From positions 1-25,668 of IMG/VR virus record IMGVR_UViG_3300012667_000220: a stretch of DNA of 25,668 bases, one strand, 5' to 3'. The notes beneath the pieces are model-generated. The model had not been told where the DNA came from. It saw nothing but the letters and a program-made list of their open reading frames with translations, and made no database searches. Position 1 is the stretch's first letter; each line of letters begins with the position of its first letter. The stretch comes from a virus (lineage: Duplodnaviria > Caudoviricetes). A program made the position numbers and the translations under genes. This document shows positions 7,203-14,441 of the stretch, one piece after another.

Positions 7203-7764
7203 GGGTCGCTCCCTTAGCCTCAATCGCTGTCACGATGTCCTTAGACGCCTTCTTCTTAGTTGCCTCCGCCCAGAGAGCACGAGCTTCCTCCTTGGTCGTC
7301 AGAGCGTCGATTGCGACCTGCCAGTCAAGCCCAGCACTTGCCTCGTAAGAGAACGTGTCAGGGTCAGGCTCGTCCGTAGGGAGACACAGAAGCTGAAGGA
7401 GGAAGGTTCGGTAAGCGACAGACATGGCCTTAGCCGTTGCCTTGTCCCCAGAGTCGAACGCCTCCGCCGAGACAGCCCCGAGGATTGGTTCCCCAGTCTG
7501 ACCATGGACAGCGTAAGTCACTGTCACGCGAGCGATGTTCATGAGCGACCCCTTGGCTGTCGTAGCCGTGTCATAGGTGACAGAGTCGACCGCTGGCACG
7601 ATGAACCCTCCATGAGTTCGGAGTGCCGGGCCGACAGCGTTCATGACGGCGTCAATGCCTCGGAAGTCGAATCCAGTCCCGGTCGTGTTGCGTTCACGCT
7701 TAGCGAGACCTTGGACGTCAGTCATCACGTTACGGATGACCTCGGATGCGGTTAGCTGTGTCAT
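7195..7764 (-). CDS. erf: ERF-family ssDNA annealing protein
   Basis: FDFRGIDAVMNAVGPAL...EAFDSGDKATAKAMSVAYRTFLLQLLCLPTDEPDPD signature. Confidence 0.9.
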   Translation of the reverse strand: MTQLTASEVIRNVMTDVQGLAKRERNTTGTGFDFRGIDAVMNAVGPALRTHGGFIVPAVDSVTYDTATTAKGSLMNIARVTVTYAVHGQTGEPILGAVSAEAFDSGDKATAKAMSVAYRTFLLQLLCLPTDEPDPDTFSYEASAGLDWQVAIDALTTKEEARALWAEATKKKASKDIVTAIEAKGATLE

Positions 7765-7768
7765 GTTC

Positions 7769-8668
7769 TTAGCCTCTCTTAGCTACTAGGTAGGGGGTTC
7801 CGGTTCCGCGAGCCTGACGCGTCAAAGACCAACGGCCCTCGATTAGACCACGCTTAGCGGAGCCCATAGCGTCAAGGACGCGGGACTTCATCTCGTTCAT
7901 CTCTTGCTCGGCTTGCTTATATTTGACCTCAGCGAGCTGGTAGTAAACGCCAAGGTCGCCCAGCTCTACCTCGTCGTCTGAGATGTCTGGGTGGATTGCT
8001 CGGATTGTCGTGTAGGTCGACAGTGCTCCGTCGTAGTCAGGCTGGACGTCGTGGAGCATATGGTCGCGGAAGCGTTCAACGTCTACCAGTGCGGCGTCCT
8101 GAGCAAAGCGGGAAGCTTCGACAGGGAACTCTCGGTAACGGTTCCCGTGGAACAAGGCCACGACCCACGCCTTCGAGTAGCCGAAAGTCTGGAGATACCA
8201 TTGGACTTGTGTCATGTAGTGAGCAGGGACCCCGTCGCTCCAGTCGTCCTCATACTGAGCCGTCTTGACCTCGACGATGCCGAACTCTCCCTCATGCTCA
8301 AACAGAGCGTCAGGGTTTGCCAACTGCCAAGGACGGTCTGGGTGAGACCACGTTCCGACGTTACGGTGAAGCGTGAACTCTGGGTGAGTGTCCTCGAACT
8401 TATCGAGCACGACAGGCTCTAAACGGTTGCCCCACTCCATAGCCTCATTCGGCTGGACGTGTGCGTCGATGCGTCCGGTCTTCTTCGCCCACAAAGTGAA
8501 CGGAGACTCCCACTTGTTGAAGCCACAGATGGTCCCGACCTCTGAGCCACCGATACCGGTCGCTCGTAAATCGTGCCACTCCTGCGACCCGTTCTCGAAG
8601 TTACCCACGAGACGGGCTGATGTTTTGAATGAGCTGTCCGGCTGATTTGCTAGAGTTCTAGAAGTCAT
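7769..8668 (-). CDS. YqaJ/lambda-exonuclease-family (RecE-like) recombination exonuclease
   Basis: EWHDLRATGIGGSE, WGNRLEP, ANPD, EVKT and YMTQVQWYL motifs; ATG 8668 behind GAGGAG. Confidence 0.92.
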   Translation of the reverse strand: MTSRTLANQPDSSFKTSARLVGNFENGSQEWHDLRATGIGGSEVGTICGFNKWESPFTLWAKKTGRIDAHVQPNEAMEWGNRLEPVVLDKFEDTHPEFTLHRNVGTWSHPDRPWQLANPDALFEHEGEFGIVEVKTAQYEDDWSDGVPAHYMTQVQWYLQTFGYSKAWVVALFHGNRYREFPVEASRFAQDAALVDVERFRDHMLHDVQPDYDGALSTYTTIRAIHPDISDDEVELGDLGVYYQLAEVKYKQAEQEMNEMKSRVLDAMGSAKRGLIEGRWSLTRQARGTGTPYLVAKRG

Positions 8669-8695
8669 CGGTTCTCCTCTCTCTCCCGGCGACTG

Positions 8696-8739
8696 AAGCC
8701 CCCGGTCTAGTTCCCCCAACTAGGTCGGGGGCTTTTCTT
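8696..8739 (+). terminator. Strong hairpin with U-tract on the + strand
   Basis: AAGCCCCCGGTCTAGTT-cccc-CAACTAGGTCGGGGGCTT followed by TTCTT. Confidence 0.6.
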
Positions 8740-8756
8740 ATCTGGAATTAGTTCTG

Positions 8757-8778
8757 ACTATAGTCGAAGCTACAGACA
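8757..8778 (-). promoter_or_regulatory. PafBC/RecA-NDp-type promoter for the recombination-replication operon
   Basis: TGTCTG-tagcttcgac(10 nt)-TATAGT matches TGTCGG-N10-TA-N3-T with one mismatch. Confidence 0.6.
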
Positions 8779-8801
8779 TTCCCCTAATAGAGAGAGACGA
8801 A

Positions 8802-8996
8802 ATGTTGAAAATCAGTAGAGCAGGCGTAGACGTAATCTGCGACCACTGCGGACTCGAAGCAAGCCAAGCCACAGGACACCTACTAGAGACAGTCCAAGGA
8901 GCTCAGACCGTCGCCAAAGAACTCGGCCTCCACCTCGCCGAAGACGGAAAGACTCACGCCTGCGAGATTTGCCGAGTGACAGGAGCCAACTCATGA
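8802..8996 (+). CDS. Small Zn-ribbon protein
   Basis: CDHC...HACEIC; purine-rich leader; ATGA overlap with whiB. Confidence 0.75.
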   Translation: MLKISRAGVDVICDHCGLEASQATGHLLETVQGAQTVAKELGLHLAEDGKTHACEICRVTGANS

Positions 8997-9274
8997 GCGA
9001 CCTCTACCTTGAACTCATGGAAGCCAAAGATAAAGTCGGGGAGACTCCATGCGAGACAGACCCAGACCTGTTCTTCGCTGACCCAGAATCTTTCCACCAC
9101 CTGCGACAGGTCGCATACGCCGTCAGCATTTGCCGAGAGTGCCCAGTACGAGTCCAGTGTGGGACTTACGCTGTAGACGCCGGAGAAGAGTTCGGAGTCT
9201 GGGGAGGGCTAACCCCTAAGGAGCGGAAGTTAATCCGTCGTATGCCCCGCCCAAGGCTTCCTGAATCCGTGTGA
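8993..9274 (+). CDS. whiB: WhiB-family Fe-S transcription factor
   Basis: C...DPDLFF...CRECPVRVQC...GVWGGLT, with four Cys and the turn motif; ATG 8993. Confidence 0.95.
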   Translation: MSDLYLELMEAKDKVGETPCETDPDLFFADPESFHHLRQVAYAVSICRECPVRVQCGTYAVDAGEEFGVWGGLTPKERKLIRRMPRPRLPESV

Positions 9275-9809
9275 GAGCACGAGTCACGCGCTTCTTTACG
9301 CCACGGTCAGACATAGAGGTCAGAGTCCCGATTTCGTAATACGAAAGTCCGTCACGGAATCGGAGAGCAAGCACTGAACGAACCTCCTGAGGAAGACTCG
9401 CATACGCTCCACGGATGTCAGTCATCACAGCAACAGCTCGACCATAGTCACCAGAGAACCCGGAAGTCTTTTCGTGTTCGTGGACAGCGGTCTGAGGGGT
9501 CTCCTCCCACAGGAACGGAAGAGCACGCTCTATCTGTCCGAGAGAATAAGTTGCCCCAGCATCGAGACGAGCACCCGAGCGGGCCTGTTGCTCATGAGCG
9601 CAATATTTCGAAGCGACTCGGCGAAGAGTGACGAACAGCTTCGCGTCTCCACCTTCCTCGTTTCGGTAACGCTTCACAGTGTCCACGTTCTCAAACAGCC
9701 ACAGCGTCAGCTCCTGAGTCAAATCCTCAACCTCGACAGCGGACCACTTCGAGCCAATCTTCCAAGAGATGCGACGAGCAAGCGTCAGCTCTTTCTCTTC
9801 AATGCTCAA
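9216..9809 (-). CDS. ECF-like RNA polymerase sigma factor (sigma-70 regions 2 and 4)
   Basis: VEDLTQELTLW region-2-like segment; LPQEVRSVLALRFRDGLSYYEIG...VKKRVTRAL region-4 HTH. Confidence 0.82.
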   Translation of the reverse strand: MSIEEKELTLARRISWKIGSKWSAVEVEDLTQELTLWLFENVDTVKRYRNEEGGDAKLFVTLRRVASKYCAHEQQARSGARLDAGATYSLGQIERALPFLWEETPQTAVHEHEKTSGFSGDYGRAVAVMTDIRGAYASLPQEVRSVLALRFRDGLSYYEIGTLTSMSDRGVKKRVTRALTRIQEALGGAYDGLTSAP

Positions 9810-11077
9810 CGTGACAGCTCCTTAGAATCGACGGTCGTGCGTTCCCACGAGTAGGGAAGAATCATCTCAACAGCATCGGCACGAGTAATCGTCCCCTTCA
9901 TGACCACAGGGTCAGAGACGAGGCCAGCCGACTGAGAGAACCAAGACGAAGCGTCGCAAAGAGCCCCACCCTGAATCCACTGAGTGTCCCCGACGAGCTG
10001 TTGAAAGCGTGCGTGATGGTAATGGCCTGTGAAGAGGAGGTCTGAATCCCCGATAGGGTCACGAGTCGCCGCCATAGATTTGAACCAACCCAGAATCTTT
10101 CCCTCGACGCCTGTACCTCCACCTCGTGCGATGTGACCATGAGTGAGGCCGACAACGTGTCCGAGGATTTCTACGGTCAGAGAGAGGCGTTCACGGGCTG
10201 GGAAAGAGAACGTCACGTCTTTGATGCCAGCGAGCTGGAACGCTTCAGCAATCTGCTCCACGACCGCGACGTCATCATTGTCACCGAGGCTCGTGTAAGC
10301 CTTGCCGTTCTGACGGTTCTCGCCATGGTTCCCGGGAACGACTGCGACGTGAATCGGGAGGCCAGACTTGCGAAGCGTCAAAAGGAACTCGGTCAAGAGG
10401 CGACGGACGAGCTTCACTTGGTCACGACGGTCCAGCTCAACACTGAAAGTCTGTGTCTCATACCAGCCAGAAATCCCCTCAACAAGGTCTCCAGTCATAG
10501 GGACAAAGATTGACGTCGCTGGCTTCTTCATCAGGGCCAAGCCTTCAAGGTCTTCAAGAGCGAGCTCGCCAAGCTGAAGAGCCTTCTCGACCATGCCAGC
10601 CACTCCGTCGCCGTCAGCCTGCCCAGCCTGTAGGTCTGTGATTTGTAAGAAGTAGGCACGCTCCACGTCAGCCTTCTTCGCACGCTTGCCGGGAGTCGAA
10701 GCCTTTACGGCGGAGATGATGTCCTCAAGGTCAATCGTCTCTTCGAGGGGCTTGCGTCGAGTAATCCGGGCCTTGAAATAGTAGAGGCGAGTCACGTTCC
10801 CATCGCCTGCGTTAGCGTCCCACGCACGAACCTCGACCGAGTCGCCGACGACAGCGAACTGAGAGGCGTCGATGCCGGGAGGAAGAAGCTCAGCTAAGAC
10901 TGAATCCCAATCCTCAGGAGCATCTCCACGAGGGTCAGTGACGACGTATCCGCCGTCCTTGCTTATCTGAACACCGGGAGTCCAGCCGGTCGGGTGAGAG
11001 TGCTTTCGACCATGGCGCACTTCTGTCGCGTGGCCTTCGGTCCCGACCTTGAGAAGTCGGTCTAGTGGAGAAGTCAA
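9806..11077 (-). CDS. Calcineurin-like metallophosphoesterase (Mre11/SbcD-like)
   Basis: TDLQ, GDLVEG, GNHG, HGH and GHYH motifs; probable TTG start at 11077 (TTGA overlap, GAAAGG RBS). Confidence 0.88.
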   Translation of the reverse strand: MTSPLDRLLKVGTEGHATEVRHGRKHSHPTGWTPGVQISKDGGYVVTDPRGDAPEDWDSVLAELLPPGIDASQFAVVGDSVEVRAWDANAGDGNVTRLYYFKARITRRKPLEETIDLEDIISAVKASTPGKRAKKADVERAYFLQITDLQAGQADGDGVAGMVEKALQLGELALEDLEGLALMKKPATSIFVPMTGDLVEGISGWYETQTFSVELDRRDQVKLVRRLLTEFLLTLRKSGLPIHVAVVPGNHGENRQNGKAYTSLGDNDDVAVVEQIAEAFQLAGIKDVTFSFPARERLSLTVEILGHVVGLTHGHIARGGGTGVEGKILGWFKSMAATRDPIGDSDLLFTGHYHHARFQQLVGDTQWIQGGALCDASSWFSQSAGLVSDPVVMKGTITRADAVEMILPYSWERTTVDSKELSR

Positions 11078-11307
11078 TGGTTCGCCTTTCGTAGGCACGA
11101 ACAGGAACGCTTCCTGTGTCGAGCGACGGCTGAAGAAGAGCTACGAAGTCCAGCCTCGGTCATGATTCTGAACACCTCGTCCGAGCTCTCCCCACCCTTC
11201 GAGTATGGGGTGTCAATCAGGGCCTTCAGGGCCGGCTTGTAAGTGTCAGGAACTTCCAGCAAGGCGCGACCGATTACGCACACGGGCGCACGTTCTGAAC
11301 TGTCCAT
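11074..11307 (-). CDS. Small HTH/Zn-binding protein coupled to the phosphoesterase
   Basis: CVIG...AVARHRKRSCSC; probably a leaderless start. Confidence 0.75.
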   Translation of the reverse strand: MDSSERAPVCVIGRALLEVPDTYKPALKALIDTPYSKGGESSDEVFRIMTEAGLRSSSSAVARHRKRSCSCLRKANH

Positions 11308-11313
11308 AGATTA

Positions 11314-11335
11314 AGGGTAGCTGGGACGGTGGACA
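11314..11335 (-). promoter_or_regulatory. PafBC/RecA-NDp-type promoter, leaderless transcript
   Basis: TGTCCA-ccgtcccagc(10 nt)-TACCCT, then 6 nt to the ATG at 11307; no RBS. Confidence 0.5.
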
Positions 11336-11369
11336 GTCGAGCCGGTCATAGCCCCGGGCGTGTCTGAAT

Positions 11370-11411
11370 AACAAAGAGCCCCACCTCCCGCCGATAGGAA
11401 GATGGGGCTCT
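11370..11411 (-). terminator. Intrinsic terminator
   Basis: AGAGCCCCATCTTCC-loop-GGGAGGTGGGGCTCT followed by TTGTT. Confidence 0.75.
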
Positions 11412-11423
11412 GAGAGCTGTGGG

Positions 11424-11864
11424 CTATTTGACCGTGACGGTCGCCCGGATGATGTGCTCACGGTATCCGCGAGCCGCCTTCTTGGCGAGCTCGAAGTCAG
11501 CGTGCCACGACGCCTTCTCCCAGATGAAGGTCCCAGCGGGGACAGACTCCAGAGCCTTGAGCTCCTTCTGGGCACGCTTGGCCTCGGGGAGGAGACGGCT
11601 GAGCTTGACCTCAGTTTGGTCAGCGAGCCACTCAGCGCGAGCCTCAGGAGTCCACGCAGAAGTCCGCTCGTCACCCTCAAGGAAAGCCTCAAGGCGAGAG
11701 GATACGCGCTCAGGGTTAGCCGAGTCGATAGTGCGCTGGAGCCCCGCACGAATGGCCTCAATCTTGCGCCCAGCAACGAGCACAGCGAACTCGTACTTGT
11801 AGCCGTTAGTGGTGCGAGTGAGGGTCTGACCGTTGACCTCTACGGTGTGGAGGAAGTAAGACAT
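11424..11864 (-). CDS. Accessory hypothetical protein (monocistronic cassette)
   Basis: 146 aa with AGGAG RBS, its own promoter and a terminator. Confidence 0.8.
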   Translation of the reverse strand: MSYFLHTVEVNGQTLTRTTNGYKYEFAVLVAGRKIEAIRAGLQRTIDSANPERVSSRLEAFLEGDERTSAWTPEARAEWLADQTEVKLSRLLPEAKRAQKELKALESVPAGTFIWEKASWHADFELAKKAARGYREHIIRATVTVK

Positions 11865-11877
11865 TTGGGGCTCCTAG

Positions 11878-11968
11878 CTCGGCGGGCCTTTCCCGCTCGG
11901 TAGGGTTCCAGAATACACGGAACCGGAGAAAAAGCAAACACATATTCAAGGCAAAGAAAAAGCCCCTC
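11878..11968 (-). repeat. Promoter-cassette repeat, copy 1
   Basis: Terminator tail, GAATATGTGT, TTGCTT(11937-32)-16-TATTCT(11915-10), then leader hairpin CCGAGCGGG-aaagg-CCCGCCGAG; 20-bp identity with copy 2. Confidence 0.85.
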
Positions 11969-11989
11969 ACCTTCTCAGGCAAGGGGCTT
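11953..11989 (-). terminator. Intrinsic terminator
   Basis: AAGCCCCT...AGGGGCTT followed by TTTCTTT. Confidence 0.8.
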
Positions 11990-11999
11990 CTCCCGGGGG

Positions 12000-12197
12000 T
12001 CACTTTCCGTTAGCTACGGCGTAGTCATCAGCCGCGAAGTATGCGGGCTCAAGAGACTTGACAGCGCGAAGAGCGCGACGGTCGATGTCGTCGATGCCAC
12101 AGCCTCCGCCTTCGTAGGATGCCTCGAAGATGTTGAGAGCCCAGACGAGATTCCGTGCCTGAGTGGGGGTCAGTTCGATTGTGAGTTTCTTAGCCAT
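12000..12197 (-). CDS. Accessory hypothetical protein
   Basis: 65 aa with GAGGA RBS. Confidence 0.75.
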   Translation of the reverse strand: MAKKLTIELTPTQARNLVWALNIFEASYEGGGCGIDDIDRRALRAVKSLEPAYFAADDYAVANGK

Positions 12198-12223
12198 GGT
12201 CTTATTCCTCCTAGGAGCCCGCT

Positions 12224-12583
12224 TTAGCGGACTCCCTCCTCTGCGAGCTTCTCGTCAATGCGGGCGACCCAAGTCTTGAGGACTTCGATGTCCTTGCCGA
12301 GGCAACGCTGGCAGACAGCTTCGAAGGGGACACGTCCGTCTGTGATTTCACGGATGGTCTCAGCGAGCACCTTGAGCCCGAGGTTCTGGATGAGGTCGCG
12401 CTCTTCGTCGCTCTGAGCGTTCCAGTTCTGACCGCCCTCGATTTCAACGACAGTCTCGTTTACTGCGAAAGCACCGGTGCGGTAGTGACCGACGCACTTC
12501 TGGATTCCGTAGCGAGGGTGAAGAAGGTGAAGCTTCTGATTGCGGATAAGTCCTGCGGTGAGCTTTACGGTGGTCATTTTCAT
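12224..12583 (-). CDS. Accessory hypothetical protein
   Basis: 119 aa with AAGGA RBS; H...C...CQRC possible metal ligands. Confidence 0.78.
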   Translation of the reverse strand: MKMTTVKLTAGLIRNQKLHLLHPRYGIQKCVGHYRTGAFAVNETVVEIEGGQNWNAQSDEERDLIQNLGLKVLAETIREITDGRVPFEAVCQRCLGKDIEVLKTWVARIDEKLAEEGVR

Positions 12584-12592
12584 TTTCCTTGT

Positions 12593-12684
12593 CTCGGCGG
12601 GAACGTCCCGCTCGGCTTATATGTCAATGATACACAGAACCTAACAAAAAGCAAACACATATTCACCCAAAAGAAAAGCCCCTC
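12593..12684 (-). repeat. Promoter-cassette repeat, copy 2
   Basis: TTGCTT(12654-49)-16-TATCAT(12632-27); leader hairpin CCGAGCGGGA-cgt-TCCCGCCGAG. Confidence 0.85.
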
Positions 12685-12710
12685 CCGAACCCGAAGGAAC
12701 GAGAGGGGCT
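12669..12710 (-). terminator. Intrinsic terminator ending the structural/lysis operon
   Basis: AGCCCCTCTCG...CGGGAGGGGCT followed by TTTCTTTT. Confidence 0.85.
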
Positions 12711-12718
12711 GAACCTAC

Positions 12719-12805
12719 CTACTGACAGGAGTCACACTGAAGGAAGTCCATTGGGTCGACGGGAACTGCTATCCCACCGATGATGTCTTGAGGGTCGTTA
12801 TCCAT
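12719..12805 (-). CDS. 28-aa acidic peptide with C-terminal CxxC (not in ORF track)
   Basis: MDNDPQDIIGGIAVPVDPMDFLQCDSCQ; AGGAG RBS 6 nt upstream; stop lies just before the terminator. Confidence 0.75.
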   Translation of the reverse strand: MDNDPQDIIGGIAVPVDPMDFLQCDSCQ

Positions 12806-12814
12806 AAGGAGCTC

Positions 12815-13102
12815 CTACTTGATTTTCACGATGCTACCGGGACGAACCGGTGCGCCGTTGTTGAGGGAAAATAATGTCTTAGCAAACTCGCGACCACTAA
12901 CACCCTTAGGAGCGTTAGTCTCACCGAGCGAAGCATACGAGTCGCCGTCCTTAGCAATCACGGCCCCGTCAAGACCATCAGCGAATCCCGGCTTCTTAGC
13001 ATCCGGGCTCTTAGCCATAGCCTTCTCGTTAGCCGGCTTGAGAGGAACGCCCTCAACGTCGACAGGCTGATTCTCTACGAGTTCTTCTTCTAACTTAGCC
13101 AC
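12815..13102 (-). CDS. LysM-like domain protein
   Basis: GTG 13102 behind AAGGAG; VIAKDGDSYASLG...LFSLNNGAPVRPGSIVKI resembles LysM. Confidence 0.65.
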   Translation of the reverse strand: MAKLEEELVENQPVDVEGVPLKPANEKAMAKSPDAKKPGFADGLDGAVIAKDGDSYASLGETNAPKGVSGREFAKTLFSLNNGAPVRPGSIVKIK

Positions 13103-13112
13103 ACGAGGCTCC

Positions 13113-13370
13113 TTACTGATTGACGAAAATCCGGTCAAGGATTCCGAGGATGATAGCCGACACAGAGGCGACGATAGCGATGACCGTCATCCAGTGGACC
13201 TTAGGTCCCTGACGTTCCTTGAGTAGAGCAATCTCAGTCTCAAGCTCGCTAATCTTTTTCCAGTGACGGTCAGTGGTGGACTCAAGCCTGTCAAGCTTGT
13301 CGTTCATGGCCTTCACCATTTCTTCAATGCGGCCTATAGCAACGAGGACCTCTACGTTCGAATCGCTCAC
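13113..13370 (-). CDS. Coiled-coil + C-terminal TM protein (probably lysis-associated)
   Basis: Heptad-rich N-terminus and a WMTVIAIVASVSAIILGIL helix. Confidence 0.75.
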   Translation of the reverse strand: MSDSNVEVLVAIGRIEEMVKAMNDKLDRLESTTDRHWKKISELETEIALLKERQGPKVHWMTVIAIVASVSAIILGILDRIFVNQ

Positions 13371-14431
13371 GAGACGTCAACCCAAGCCGTACCAGTCCAA
13401 CGCTTGACAGTCGTCAGAGTGACCCATGCTGAACCCGTCCAGCGTTTAGCGACAGTGTTGACGATGAAGTCAGTCCCGTCCCAACGCTTGCCACCGGCTG
13501 TCAACAAGAACGGCGAAGAAGTAGCGTAGGAGCTGTTCCCCACAGAGTTCGTCGAGTATGCGCGGAAGGTGTAGATAAGACCCGGCGTGAGGCCAGTGTA
13601 AACGTATTGAACACCCGGCGTCACAGCAACAGGAGACGAGTAAGTCGTGCCGTCAGTAGTCCACTGAACGGCGTATCCCGTGATTGGGTCGCCACCTGTA
13701 GAGCCAGAAGCCCCGACAGTGACACCAATGTCTGTCCCGTCAACAGAGACCACGTTCACCGAAGCTGGTGAAGAAGGCACTGTAGGGATTGCGACCGTGC
13801 TGGAGTAAGTAATGGCACTAGAGCCGTCAGAGTTCGTCGCGTATGTTCTGAACTGTTGAGACGTTCCCAGAGTCAACGAGCTGAAAGTAGCTGACTGACC
13901 TGTACGGGTGTCTCCCCACGCTCCACCGTTCTCGCTTCGCTGTATGTAGTAAGTCGCCGTCCCAGCGGGGGAGGAGACAGAGCTGACAGCAACTGAGACA
14001 GTGCTTGCTGTACGAGAGAGAGTCGTAAACGTGGGAGCTCCGGGAGCTCTGTTGTAGTCGGCAAATCCTCCGACGCTGTTAGAGCAAGACGCAGAGCCCC
14101 AGCCACCAGTCGAAGCACTGCCAGAGAAGCCGACGCTTCCGAGGTAGCCGTTCGCGTCATGGCCTACCCAGACGTCAAAGCCAGAGACAACAAGACGAGC
14201 CCCCGCGCCACTGTAAGACTGAGTCCCAATATTCCACGAGCCCCCTGAGCCGTTAATGTTCAGGCTCACGGTGTTGTTGTAGGACGTCGCACTTCCCCCA
14301 GAGAAGTCGATGTAAGCGTCAGCGCGGACTAGGCTCCTGTTGTTTGCCGAGTCGTCCTGAATCTTGTAACACTCAACCCGGAGAGTTAGGAGGCTCGGGT
14401 ATGAGCTGAAAGTACCGGTCGCGGTAGCCAT
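13367..14431 (-). CDS. Minor tail protein with fibronectin type III domains
   Basis: Siphoviral N-terminus (QDDSANNRSLV...VGHDANG); two FN3-like repeats (TVPSSP...GGDPITGY...YTFRAYSTNSVG); C-terminal KRWDG/KRWTG repeats. Confidence 0.8.
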   Translation of the reverse strand: MATATGTFSSYPSLLTLRVECYKIQDDSANNRSLVRADAYIDFSGGSATSYNNTVSLNINGSGGSWNIGTQSYSGAGARLVVSGFDVWVGHDANGYLGSVGFSGSASTGGWGSASCSNSVGGFADYNRAPGAPTFTTLSRTASTVSVAVSSVSSPAGTATYYIQRSENGGAWGDTRTGQSATFSSLTLGTSQQFRTYATNSDGSSAITYSSTVAIPTVPSSPASVNVVSVDGTDIGVTVGASGSTGGDPITGYAVQWTTDGTTYSSPVAVTPGVQYVYTGLTPGLIYTFRAYSTNSVGNSSYATSSPFLLTAGGKRWDGTDFIVNTVAKRWTGSAWVTLTTVKRWTGTAWVDVS

Positions 14432-14441
14432 TGACTACCCC

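Noticed and set aside
7081-8645. Long + strand ORFs (7081..7755, 7991..8422 and similar ones elsewhere)
   Set aside because: Antisense shadows of well-supported minus-strand genes in GC-rich DNA, with no motifs or RBS
11246-12003. Alternative-frame ORFs 11246..11776 and 11806..12003
   Set aside because: They cross terminators and promoters and overlap a better gene
11878-12684. CRISPR array or att sites
   Set aside because: Only two copies ~715 bp apart, explained as promoter units; no cas or integrase gene in the window
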